From an uncultured archaeon (GTDB lineage Archaea > Asgardarchaeota > Lokiarchaeia > Sigyniarchaeales > SOKP01): DNA of 40,952 nt. The DNA is taken from assembly GCA_964447495.1 (NCBI GenBank), contig CAYUTF010000010.1:5422-46373 (forward strand). The letters are read 5' to 3'. Shown here in pieces: positions 18,716 to 27,501 of this stretch (positions within the stretch are counted from its first letter, which is position 1; each line of letters starts with the position of its first letter). Below the pieces are notes generated by a model. That model was not told the origin of the DNA, made no database searches, and saw only the letters and a list, made by a program, of their open reading frames with translations. The position numbers and the translations under genes were made by a program.

Positions 18716-19552
18716 ATGGAATTGCTCGAGATAAGAAAGGAAATAATCAACGGTCTTAAGCAAGATTTACCTGAACTTGTGGATAAATTTAATCATTTTA
18801 TATTAAAGATTCTTCCTAGTAAACAAAACTCAGTAGTCTTATTAACATTTAACAAAGAAACTGATAATCTACCACGTGAATGTGTAATTAAGGTATTTCG
18901 AACTGAAAATGCAGACACTGAGTTTGAAACCTTAGTAAGATTAAAGAAACAAAAATTGTTGGTTCCACGAATACTATATTATAAAAAACCTTATTTATTA
19001 CTCGAAAAAGTTGAGGGTATTAATACATGTGATCTTATCAATAACAAATTAAAGAATATAGAATCTTTTGAGAAATTAGATAAGCAAAGTAAACAAGAAA
19101 TCACATTATGTATAATAAATTTAGCAGATTGGATGGCTAAGTTACATAGAAGTAATATTGTAGCAACTAATAACAATTCTGAGGTCATAGTATTGAATAA
19201 AGGCGACACAAGATTAAGGGACTTTATCTTTAATCCTAAAAATGATGCCCTATATGGTATGGATTTTGAAGATTCATTTGAAGGAAACCATTTAATCGAT
19301 ATATCTTGGATCTGTTGCTCTCTACTAGATACTAATCCGGGAATATTTGAATTAAATGATCCTAGAAATAAAATTGAACTTATAAACCTATTTTTAAAAA
19401 GCTACTATAAGCAAAATCCCACATTTCAATTCGATTTTAAATACTTCGCAGAAAAATTAATTGATAATCTTAATATTGTAATGAAACGGAGAAAGATTAG
19501 TCTAAGTCTTGATAAACGTGAATTCATTAAAGATATTTCAAAAGAGATTTAA
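18716..19552 (+). CDS. Atypical protein-kinase-like / APH-RIO-like phosphotransferase
   Basis: VIKVF, LVPRIL, LLLEKVEG, WMAKLH, catalytic-loop GDTRLRDF, DFE. Confidence 0.75.
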   Translation: MELLEIRKEIINGLKQDLPELVDKFNHFILKILPSKQNSVVLLTFNKETDNLPRECVIKVFRTENADTEFETLVRLKKQKLLVPRILYYKKPYLLLEKVEGINTCDLINNKLKNIESFEKLDKQSKQEITLCIINLADWMAKLHRSNIVATNNNSEVIVLNKGDTRLRDFIFNPKNDALYGMDFEDSFEGNHLIDISWICCSLLDTNPGIFELNDPRNKIELINLFLKSYYKQNPTFQFDFKYFAEKLIDNLNIVMKRRKISLSLDKREFIKDISKEI

Positions 19553-19674
19553 ATTCCAAATATCCTCTAATTTATGAATTTCTTTTATCTCTATTGAAAA
19601 ATGTAAATTTAATAACTATAATTTTTATTTAAAATAAAATAGAAAATCAATTTTTACTTTTTAGGAGAATAAAT

Positions 19675-20430
19675 ATGAGTGAAGTACCCCTATTGGACGC
19701 GAAAACCTCATTAAAAAAGATGGTCTCTTTAATTGTAGATATCAGTGGTTTGACCAGTGATTATATTCCAAAATTAAGAGCACAACCAGAGCGCATTATA
19801 GAAACCATCGAGAAGTTTGAAGTTGAAAAAACTGCATTACTTAAAAAAATCGATGCAAACAATGAAGAAATAAATTCATTAAAAAATCAGATTTCTCAAA
19901 ACCAGCGAGATATTCAAAAATTTGAGGAACATAATAAAGAATTACAAGTAAAGAAACAAGTTTTTCTTGATACTATTCAACAAAAACAGACAGAGATCGA
20001 AGATACTCACACAACTATTCGTATAAAGAAAGAGGAATTTGATAATCGAGCTGAAAGATTAAAAAATCTAAATGATAAAAATATTGAACTTTCTCGGGAA
20101 ATTGACATTTTCGAAAAAAAGATAAGGGATTTAGAAAAAGAGCTTGAAAGTACTTTCTATAAGAAAGAGAGATATGTAAAATCTTACGAAAATAGAGTGG
20201 CGGCAATGAAAATCTTGATTACTAAAAAATATATTAATTCCTCATTATATCAATTTATTCGAGCCCTACAACCAGGAAATGCATTAGATTTAAAAAACAT
20301 ACTACTTGCTATCGATATGAGGGAAGATCAAGCCATACGAATAATAAAAAAAATGATTGAAGAGAAAGCTCCGATTGAATTGGATCAAGACGCCGGAACC
20401 ATACTTCTAAAAGAGGAGGTTGACTTTTAA
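19675..20430 (+). CDS. Coiled-coil protein with C-terminal winged-helix-like domain (A)
   Basis: Long heptad region, then a helix-turn-helix-wing pattern (LDLKNILLAIDMREDQAIRIIKKMIEE...IELD...TILL); AGGAG upstream. Confidence 0.7.
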   Translation: MSEVPLLDAKTSLKKMVSLIVDISGLTSDYIPKLRAQPERIIETIEKFEVEKTALLKKIDANNEEINSLKNQISQNQRDIQKFEEHNKELQVKKQVFLDTIQQKQTEIEDTHTTIRIKKEEFDNRAERLKNLNDKNIELSREIDIFEKKIRDLEKELESTFYKKERYVKSYENRVAAMKILITKKYINSSLYQFIRALQPGNALDLKNILLAIDMREDQAIRIIKKMIEEKAPIELDQDAGTILLKEEVDF

Positions 20431-21167
20431 TGAGTTCAGAATTAAAAGAGATTCTTACGCTTATTGAACAATTAGAAACATATTTTGATGAGTATATTCA
20501 ATCATTTCAAAAAAATAGTCAATCTGCCTTACAAAATTTAAGTAATACCTGGAAAATGATTAAACTAGAGCAAGATGGGGTCAATAAATATGAAGAGACG
20601 AACATAAATCAAAACTCAGAAATAACTGAATTAAAAATAAAGTTGGATGACCTATCTAAAAAAGTTAATAACTTAAAGTCAATAAACAATGAACTTATAA
20701 CTAAGAATACAGAGTTAAACAGTACTGTTGAACGATTGAATAATGAGTTAACGAAACCACTAATGGAATTAGAAGAAACTCTCTTAAAATTAAGCGATAT
20801 CAATCAAAAGATCATTACAAAGGAAAAAGAAAATACTGAATTGGAACAAAAAAAAATTGATAATGAAAATCGAGAATCACAATTGAAAACATTATATACT
20901 ATAGAGAAAATGGAAGATCTCGATCAAAAAATGCAAAAATTGAAAAGGAATAACTATTTCACATCCTTCATAATCGAAAATTCTGAAGAAGAAATACCCG
21001 AAGTAGATATTATTGCCACAATCATGAACCAAGGATCCTGTGATCTTGATGAACTCAAGAAATTGTTAGACGTTCCACCAATTATGGCTGTTAGAACTAT
21101 TAAACAGCTCGCTGTGAAAGGAATCATAAAATTAGATGAAGATACTAACATCGTAACTCTACCTTAG
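20430..21167 (+). CDS. Coiled-coil protein with C-terminal winged-helix domain (B)
   Basis: TAATG overlap and GAGGAGGT SD; heptads, then GSCDLDELKKLLDVPPIMAVRTIKQLAVKGIIKLD. Confidence 0.72.
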   Translation: MSSELKEILTLIEQLETYFDEYIQSFQKNSQSALQNLSNTWKMIKLEQDGVNKYEETNINQNSEITELKIKLDDLSKKVNNLKSINNELITKNTELNSTVERLNNELTKPLMELEETLLKLSDINQKIITKEKENTELEQKKIDNENRESQLKTLYTIEKMEDLDQKMQKLKRNNYFTSFIIENSEEEIPEVDIIATIMNQGSCDLDELKKLLDVPPIMAVRTIKQLAVKGIIKLDEDTNIVTLP

Positions 21168-21242
21168 AATTTTTTTCATTATTTATTCTTTTTTATAATT
21201 TATACTTTTGTAAAATTCAAATATGTAATATATTTAATTCAT

Positions 21243-21257
21243 AAGAGGTAACCTCTT
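21243..21257. promoter_or_regulatory. Palindrome AAGAGGT-A-ACCTCTT, candidate operator
   Basis: Perfect 7-1-7 inverted repeat containing G/C in an AT-rich spacer upstream of the ECF operon. Confidence 0.45.
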
Positions 21258-21262
21258 TATTC

Positions 21263-21290
21263 ATCGTTATTTCCCATCATACATAACATT
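21263..21290. promoter_or_regulatory. ModE-like box ATCGTTATTTC-N6-TACATAACATT
   Basis: GTTAT-N12-ATAAC core; the arms match the recalled ModE consensus ATCGNTATATA-N6-TATATANCGAT at 9/11 and 8/11. Confidence 0.45.
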
Positions 21291-21347
21291 TAAAAAACAT
21301 CTCTGATTATGTTTTATAAAATATTTATTAAAAAATATTTGATACAT

Positions 21348-22529
21348 ATGAAATCAAAAGATATAGTAATTGGAATATTAATAATTATCGCAACAGGTTT
21401 AGCTGGTGGGCTAGGATTTGTAGTAGCTACATGGGAGCCTAAGACAACTGTGAATCCTCCCACTTATCTTTCTGGTTTACCTGAAGACTGGAGCACTGCT
21501 CCAAACTCCACATATTTAATCTTAAATAATCAAACGCATAGTGATGTAAAAATCTATTTTGAAGATATTTTAAAAGCAATAGATGTATATCAAAATGCTC
21601 AAGCAAGTGCTTACGATACTGGAATAGAACTGATGACAATAATCGATCCAGAAACGGATATACCGATCACAGGTATTAGTATAACAGATATCTTCGATCA
21701 ATATCATACTTATTTTCCAGGAGAAATTGAATTTGCTTCTGTGGAGGATACTTATGGACAAAGAAATGTATTCAAAACCACAGCAGGTGATCTCTTAGAG
21801 AAAATGTATGATGGTGAGGAAAATATTATGATTGCTATCGCAGCAAATAATCAATGGTTAGCTGATTCACCTCTAGGCGAAAAATTCGGCAATTTTACAT
21901 TAGTAGGTGAAGGGATGGATGCACGTATTTACAATTTAGAACAAATTAATGTCCTTAGTAATTGGACCTTAGATATCTATGTTGATGATGTTTTACAACT
22001 TTCTTTACAACCAAATAATGTTACCGCTCTTTCCTATAAATATGGTTATACTTATTCTTATGATCGAACTGATGATTGGAGTTTGAACAGATATTATGCA
22101 GGAGTAAATTTATCAATATTATGTGACTGGGTAGGACTTGATGATACCGTAGATTTTGAATTAAAGGCATATGCAGCTGATAACTGGGCCGCACCTCATG
22201 GTAAACCCTCGAAGCGTGGTTTAAATCAAACCGAAGTGTATAATGGGTTAGATTGGAATTCTGATTACTGGGATTATGTCAATTCTACAGGTGTTGGTGA
22301 TCCTGGAATACCTCTTCCTGATGTATATGACGATTTACCTATTATTTTAGCCTATGAACTTCAGATCTTAGGAGAATATGACGGTACATCTACTGCTACT
22401 AATCCTGCATGGCCTGCTATTAAAACGTGTGGGTTTGGGCATGGTCCATATATACTGATCATACCGGGTAGAGAACGATCGAATCAAATCAAAATGATAA
22501 ATAGAATCGAAATTACTACAAATCCATAA
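21348..22529 (+). CDS. Membrane-anchored surface protein with two molybdopterin-oxidoreductase-like (YedY/sulfite oxidase fold) domains
   Basis: N-terminal TM; two repeats of GxxL/I...F-x-A/S-x-D...(I)xIAY/I...G(P/N)xxL; many N-x-S/T sequons. ATG 21348 preferred over 21309. Confidence 0.6.
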   Translation: MKSKDIVIGILIIIATGLAGGLGFVVATWEPKTTVNPPTYLSGLPEDWSTAPNSTYLILNNQTHSDVKIYFEDILKAIDVYQNAQASAYDTGIELMTIIDPETDIPITGISITDIFDQYHTYFPGEIEFASVEDTYGQRNVFKTTAGDLLEKMYDGEENIMIAIAANNQWLADSPLGEKFGNFTLVGEGMDARIYNLEQINVLSNWTLDIYVDDVLQLSLQPNNVTALSYKYGYTYSYDRTDDWSLNRYYAGVNLSILCDWVGLDDTVDFELKAYAADNWAAPHGKPSKRGLNQTEVYNGLDWNSDYWDYVNSTGVGDPGIPLPDVYDDLPIILAYELQILGEYDGTSTATNPAWPAIKTCGFGHGPYILIIPGRERSNQIKMINRIEITTNP

Positions 22530-22596
22530 ATCTCCATTTTTTTTTATTTTTTATGTATACCAAACGTTAAAATTTTATTGTTAATTCGAAAAAATA

Positions 22597-23469
22597 GTGA
22601 TTAAATTGAAACAAATAAAGTTAAATAGCATGCTAATTGTGATTTTTATAAGTCTCGTTTCTTTATTCTACATCTCCAACGTTATAGCATATCCTGGAGA
22701 TGGTGATTGCTCGGATTATCATGGAATAACTTATATTGATGTACCTATCGTTTCCAATGCAGAATTAGTTGTTGATGGCGTTCCGTCCGAGCTATTTTGG
22801 ACCGAAACTGCGAATCCAATAAAATTAATGCTAGCTGAAATTAGAGTTGGAGAAGAAATTCCAGAACTCTATAGCCTAAATATTTCATTTGTGATGAATA
22901 ACGATTATCTTTATATTTTATGTCAATGGGAAGATAATTCGCCTGGATATGATTTTCCTCCTGATCAAGATGGAATCGCTTTTTGCTGGGACATAAATAC
23001 TATCAATTTTTCAGCTTATTATGTCACCGATATGAATACACTTCACATGGGAAATGGAAGTGTAGATGCATGGAGGTGGATATATCAAGATTCCATATCT
23101 CCTGGAGAAGAACATTTATGCGGCGATGATTGTTTTAATGAGGATGGTTGGGTTCAGGGAGATCCTGAGGCTAAAAATATTAATGTGGCTTATACAAATG
23201 ATAGTAGATCCTACACTCTTGAAATGAAAAGAAGATTGAATACAAATGAAATCTATGATGTGCAGTTCACTGAAAAAAAGATCTATAAATTTAATATAGC
23301 AATCCTAAATGACAGTCATGATGAGGACCATGCTATATCATGGACCTATGCTTTGGATTTAAGGGAACCCGAACAAATGATTTGGGGGTTTAATCTTGAA
23401 ATCCTTGTTTTATCTATATCCATCTTAACAATTGTTATTTATGTAATTAAATTTAAAAAAATAAATTGA
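22597..23469 (+). CDS. Secreted DOMON / ethylbenzene dehydrogenase gamma-like (possibly heme-binding) protein with Loki-CTERM-like anchor
   Basis: Signal peptide; VDGVPSE.FW, YLYILCQWED, DGIAFCW, VDAWRW, YTLEMKRRLNT...DVQF; C-terminal IWGF + TM + KFKK. Confidence 0.6.
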   Translation: MIKLKQIKLNSMLIVIFISLVSLFYISNVIAYPGDGDCSDYHGITYIDVPIVSNAELVVDGVPSELFWTETANPIKLMLAEIRVGEEIPELYSLNISFVMNNDYLYILCQWEDNSPGYDFPPDQDGIAFCWDINTINFSAYYVTDMNTLHMGNGSVDAWRWIYQDSISPGEEHLCGDDCFNEDGWVQGDPEAKNINVAYTNDSRSYTLEMKRRLNTNEIYDVQFTEKKIYKFNIAILNDSHDEDHAISWTYALDLREPEQMIWGFNLEILVLSISILTIVIYVIKFKKIN

Positions 23470-23484
23470 ATCCAAACTGGAAAA

Positions 23485-24039
23485 ATGGAAACTAGGAACT
23501 TCTATATACTCATTGCCTCAGTTATCGTTGGAATGGTAATTTTTTGGTTATTTTTATTTGCAGTGGTGGAATTAGATGCCGATTTATTTCAAGATCCAAA
23601 TTCAATCACAATTCAAGGCGAAGGAGTGAATAGAGAGGTTACTATAAGTATATCTCAACTGAAGTCTGATAAATATGAACAATATATTGATAAAACCTTT
23701 CATATAATGAATAGTTTTGAGACAGAATATGATGTAATATATTCTGGAGTATCATTATGGAGCATTTTAGTGGCAGAAGATCTAATCGATCAAGATTCTT
23801 CGGAACTTACTTTTCAATTCTGGGCAAGAGATCTCTATCATTCACCAAAACCGTTAAATCTTTCTATTGCAGAAGACAATTCCGGTATGGTTATTATAGC
23901 ATATGAAGAAGACGGTGCCCCACTTTTCGGAGAGGGACCACTAAGATCTGTTATTGACCAATCAGTTATCCCAGATGGAGAATATAGTTCCCAATATTCT
24001 GTTCAAATGTTAAGTAAAATTATTATAAACTTAAAGTGA
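23485..24039 (+). CDS. Membrane-anchored single molybdopterin-oxidoreductase-like domain protein (no Cys)
   Basis: N-terminal TM; ITIQG, YSGVSLWSIL, FWARDLY, IIAYEEDGAPL, GPLRSV, VQMLSKI. Confidence 0.7.
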   Translation: METRNFYILIASVIVGMVIFWLFLFAVVELDADLFQDPNSITIQGEGVNREVTISISQLKSDKYEQYIDKTFHIMNSFETEYDVIYSGVSLWSILVAEDLIDQDSSELTFQFWARDLYHSPKPLNLSIAEDNSGMVIIAYEEDGAPLFGEGPLRSVIDQSVIPDGEYSSQYSVQMLSKIIINLK

Positions 24040-24690
24040 TTGTTAAAATTGAAAGAAAAAAAGCTAGCTGAACAAGATGTAGATGAAAATCAGGAATCTA
24101 TATATTATCAAGATACTTATAAAGAAACAGGTTTTATAGATAAGAAGAAAATAACCAATCTTGATTTAACATATTCATTTATTATTGGTGTATTAGGAGG
24201 TATAATCTCTAGTCTAATACCGTTTAGCTTATTAATTAAGGTCTGGTACCCTTTTACAGGAGGCACTCAGTTAGTAAGTGGACATCATGTTATTTGGGCA
24301 TCTATAGTCTACGGTTTAACAAAAAAGAAGTATAATATATTTCTTACAATGCTTTCTAAAGGATTAATTGAATTTTTATTGGGGGATCCATGGGGCATAA
24401 TCATAATCTTTGTGAATTTTATGGAAGCATTCTTTTTAGTACAAGGTTTCTTTCTTATGGAAAAATTGGGCGAAGGTGAAACCAAATTAGGATGGGGTAT
24501 TGCGGGAGGGTTAGGAAATTTCTTTCAAGCGCCTTTTTTTTGGATAATCAATCAGAGATGGTATTTACACTGGAGTTTATGGGCATTAGCCTTTATCTTT
24601 GCGTTTATATCCGGGATTTTTATTGTTGGAATATTAGGTAGAGCGATAAAAAATTATCTTATAAAAGCAGGAGTCCCAACAACCTTTTAA
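24040..24690 (+). CDS. ECF transporter substrate-specific S component
   Basis: About 6 TMs, GLIEFLLG motif, ends LIKAGV; lies directly upstream of the ECF A and T genes. Confidence 0.75.
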   Translation: MLKLKEKKLAEQDVDENQESIYYQDTYKETGFIDKKKITNLDLTYSFIIGVLGGIISSLIPFSLLIKVWYPFTGGTQLVSGHHVIWASIVYGLTKKKYNIFLTMLSKGLIEFLLGDPWGIIIIFVNFMEAFFLVQGFFLMEKLGEGETKLGWGIAGGLGNFFQAPFFWIINQRWYLHWSLWALAFIFAFISGIFIVGILGRAIKNYLIKAGVPTTF

Positions 24691-24697
24691 AAGGGAT

Positions 24698-26521
24698 GTG
24701 ATGGAGATAATTCCACAAAATAATATCGCTCTCAGCTTTAAAGATTTTTCTTTTATATATGGAAATAAAGAAAAAGAAAACCCTTCCTTAAAAAATATAA
24801 CATTTAGTCTCAAGGAAGGAGAAACTTTAGTTCTAGCTGGACCGAGCGGAAGTGGCAAATCCACCTTAACTTATGCCATGAGTGGGATTATTCCCTGGAG
24901 AATCAAGGGATTGATGAAAGGAGATGTTCTAATTTTTGGAAAAAATATCTGGGATTATGATTTCATAGATCTATCGAGGATTGTTGGAGTAGTAAAACAA
25001 AATCCCTTAGATCAATTAACAACATTTAAAGTGAGAGATGAGATTGCTTTTGGATTAGAAAACTTAAATTACTCTAAAGAAAAAATTGAACAAGCAGTTG
25101 AAGATGTTTCCAGATTAATGGGAATAAATCACCTTTTAGATCGAGAAACCGATCAACTAAGCGGAGGACAAAAACAACTAGTAATCTTATCCTCATTTCT
25201 AGCTATGAAACCACGGATTCTAATCCTAGATGAGCCCATCGCTTTTCTAGACCGAAATTCTGAAAGTTTATTATTATCCCGTTTAAACAAATTAAGGCAA
25301 TCAAAAGATTATGCAATAACTATAATTATAGTTGAACATCGATTATCAAGAGTTATGAACTTAGCAGATAAAATAATAGTTCTCAATGAAGAAGGAGAAC
25401 TTGTTCTTAATGGAGGAATCAATAATCTTTTTGCCTATCAATTTAATGAATTGAAAGACTGTAATCTACGAGTACCTTGGTTATTTGATATATTTAATGA
25501 CTATAAACAAAAATTTAACTTTAACAGCCTCAAGTTAAATCCTATGAATTTTAAAGAATTTATTGATCATCTTCCGAAATTAAATAGAGAGCAATTATTA
25601 GGATTACGAGAAATTATAATAAATAAAGAAATCCATCCTAAAGCACTTGAGAAGTATGAATCCTATCAAGAAATAATAGAATTTGATAATCTTTATATTG
25701 AATCACATAAAGATGCTAAAAGGGAAGGTTCTGATATCAAAGAAATGAAAAACTTTACACACTATGATGATATAATATTAGAGACTAAAGATTTAACATT
25801 TAAATATCCAAATAGTGGTATTATCGCAATTAATAACCTCTCGATTAAGATACAAAAAGGAGATTTTATTGGTTTAGTTGGGCCAAATGGCTCAGGGAAA
25901 ACCACATTGCTTTATTTATTAGCAAATTTGTATAAACCCACTTCAGGAGAAATATTTTATAAGAATCAAAGCATTGAAAAGCTGGATTCATTCAATTACG
26001 CTAGGAATATTGGCTTTATTTTTCAAAACCCAGAGACTATGATATTCAATTCATCAATAAAAGATGAAATCCTCTATGCTCCAAAAAATTTTGGTATTTT
26101 GGATAAAATTAGTGAAAAATATTTAGAAAAATTAAATGGACTTATAGGTAATGAGACTCTCAATAAAAATCCGTATAAATTAAGCTGGGGGCAAAAACGT
26201 CGGCTAAACTTAAGTTCCATCTTTGTATATAATCCCGAAATCATTTTGTTAGACGAGCCTTTTATTGGTCAAGACCAAAGAACTATAGATGCATTGATTG
26301 AAACCTTATTTATTGAAAATAAACGAGGAAAAACGATTATTATTTCGTCCCATGATTATCATATGCTTTTAAAATATACAAAAAGAATTATAGAATTGGA
26401 TAAAAATGGTTCACTAAGAGATTACGATATAAAAGATAATTATTTTAAGAAGCATAGTGGTCTGGGACCCATTAATTTGCTAGAAAATGTTGAAAAGCGA
26501 TTGGAGGAGATAAGAGACTAA
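24698..26521 (+). CDS. ECF transporter fused double ATPase (A-A')
   Basis: Two ABC domains: GPSGSGKST/LSGGQ/LILDEP and GPNGSGKTT/LSWGQ/LLDEP; DEIAFGLEN. Confidence 0.92.
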   Translation: MMEIIPQNNIALSFKDFSFIYGNKEKENPSLKNITFSLKEGETLVLAGPSGSGKSTLTYAMSGIIPWRIKGLMKGDVLIFGKNIWDYDFIDLSRIVGVVKQNPLDQLTTFKVRDEIAFGLENLNYSKEKIEQAVEDVSRLMGINHLLDRETDQLSGGQKQLVILSSFLAMKPRILILDEPIAFLDRNSESLLLSRLNKLRQSKDYAITIIIVEHRLSRVMNLADKIIVLNEEGELVLNGGINNLFAYQFNELKDCNLRVPWLFDIFNDYKQKFNFNSLKLNPMNFKEFIDHLPKLNREQLLGLREIIINKEIHPKALEKYESYQEIIEFDNLYIESHKDAKREGSDIKEMKNFTHYDDIILETKDLTFKYPNSGIIAINNLSIKIQKGDFIGLVGPNGSGKTTLLYLLANLYKPTSGEIFYKNQSIEKLDSFNYARNIGFIFQNPETMIFNSSIKDEILYAPKNFGILDKISEKYLEKLNGLIGNETLNKNPYKLSWGQKRRLNLSSIFVYNPEIILLDEPFIGQDQRTIDALIETLFIENKRGKTIIISSHDYHMLLKYTKRIIELDKNGSLRDYDIKDNYFKKHSGLGPINLLENVEKRLEEIRD

Positions 26522-27400
26522 TTGAAAAATAAAAACAAATCCTTAGATCACAAAAAATTTATCTTTGCTTATACACCAGGGAATTCTTTAATGCATAAGC
26601 TTAATCCTATTTCAAAGATAATATTTCTGATCTATTTAACAATCATAATTTTTTTAATAAGTAGCTTAATTCTACTTTCAATTATTTCTTTTAGTATTAT
26701 AATTCTTGCGCTATGTTGTGGGATTACTTTTAAAAACTTATTTCGAAAGCTAAAATTTATGATTATTATTCTAATTTTTAGTGTTCTCTTAAACATTTTC
26801 TTTAATGCTATTCCAAGTAATCAAGAAACTATACTCTTTTACTTGTTTAATTTAGAATTTTTACCTATCAGGCGATTAGCAGTATACTATGCCTTTAAGG
26901 CTTTATTTATAGTTTTAACCTTGTTTTCCTCTGCAATAATTTTTTCCAATACAACATCGATGAAAGATTTTGTATATGCCTTGATAAGTTTAAAAATTCC
27001 ATATAAATACTGTTTTTCTTTTATGGTTGGCATTAGATATATCCCTCTTATTGAAGAAGAGGCCAGAACGGTTGCTTTAGCCCAAAAAGCGCGGGGATTC
27101 GGTCTGGAAAAGGTAAATACCTTTAAAAAAGCATACAGATTAGTCTTTGAACGATTAGCAGCAACATTAGTAACTATCTTGAGAAAAAGTCAGGTTACTT
27201 CGATTTCAATGGAAAATAGGTGCTTTGGGATTAGTAAAAAGCGAACCAATTTGACTACAGTTAAGTTTAAGAAAATAGATTATTTTTTTGTGTTGATATC
27301 AACAATTCTATTCTCAATGATGCTTTTATATTTGCTTCAGTTTTTACCATTACCACAATTTCCTTCTTTATATAGCATTTTTCAGCAAATATTCTTGTAA
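26522..27400 (+). CDS. ecfT: ECF transporter T component (EcfT/CbiQ)
   Basis: SLMHKLNPISK, RYIPLI, AQKARG and SMENRCF coupling motifs. Confidence 0.9.
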   Translation: MKNKNKSLDHKKFIFAYTPGNSLMHKLNPISKIIFLIYLTIIIFLISSLILLSIISFSIIILALCCGITFKNLFRKLKFMIIILIFSVLLNIFFNAIPSNQETILFYLFNLEFLPIRRLAVYYAFKALFIVLTLFSSAIIFSNTTSMKDFVYALISLKIPYKYCFSFMVGIRYIPLIEEEARTVALAQKARGFGLEKVNTFKKAYRLVFERLAATLVTILRKSQVTSISMENRCFGISKKRTNLTTVKFKKIDYFFVLISTILFSMMLLYLLQFLPLPQFPSLYSIFQQIFL

Positions 27401-27501
27401 AACGATTATCTTTGAAAGAAAAGTTAAACATATGATTACTAAACTGATTCATTTATTAACAAGGATTTTCATGTTTTTTATAGACAAGGGGGATATTAGA
27501 A

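Noticed and set aside
21168-21347. Cobalamin, TPP or Moco riboswitch ahead of the ECF operon
   Set aside because: The leader is short and very AT-rich, with no recognisable riboswitch core; only DNA-type dyads are evident.
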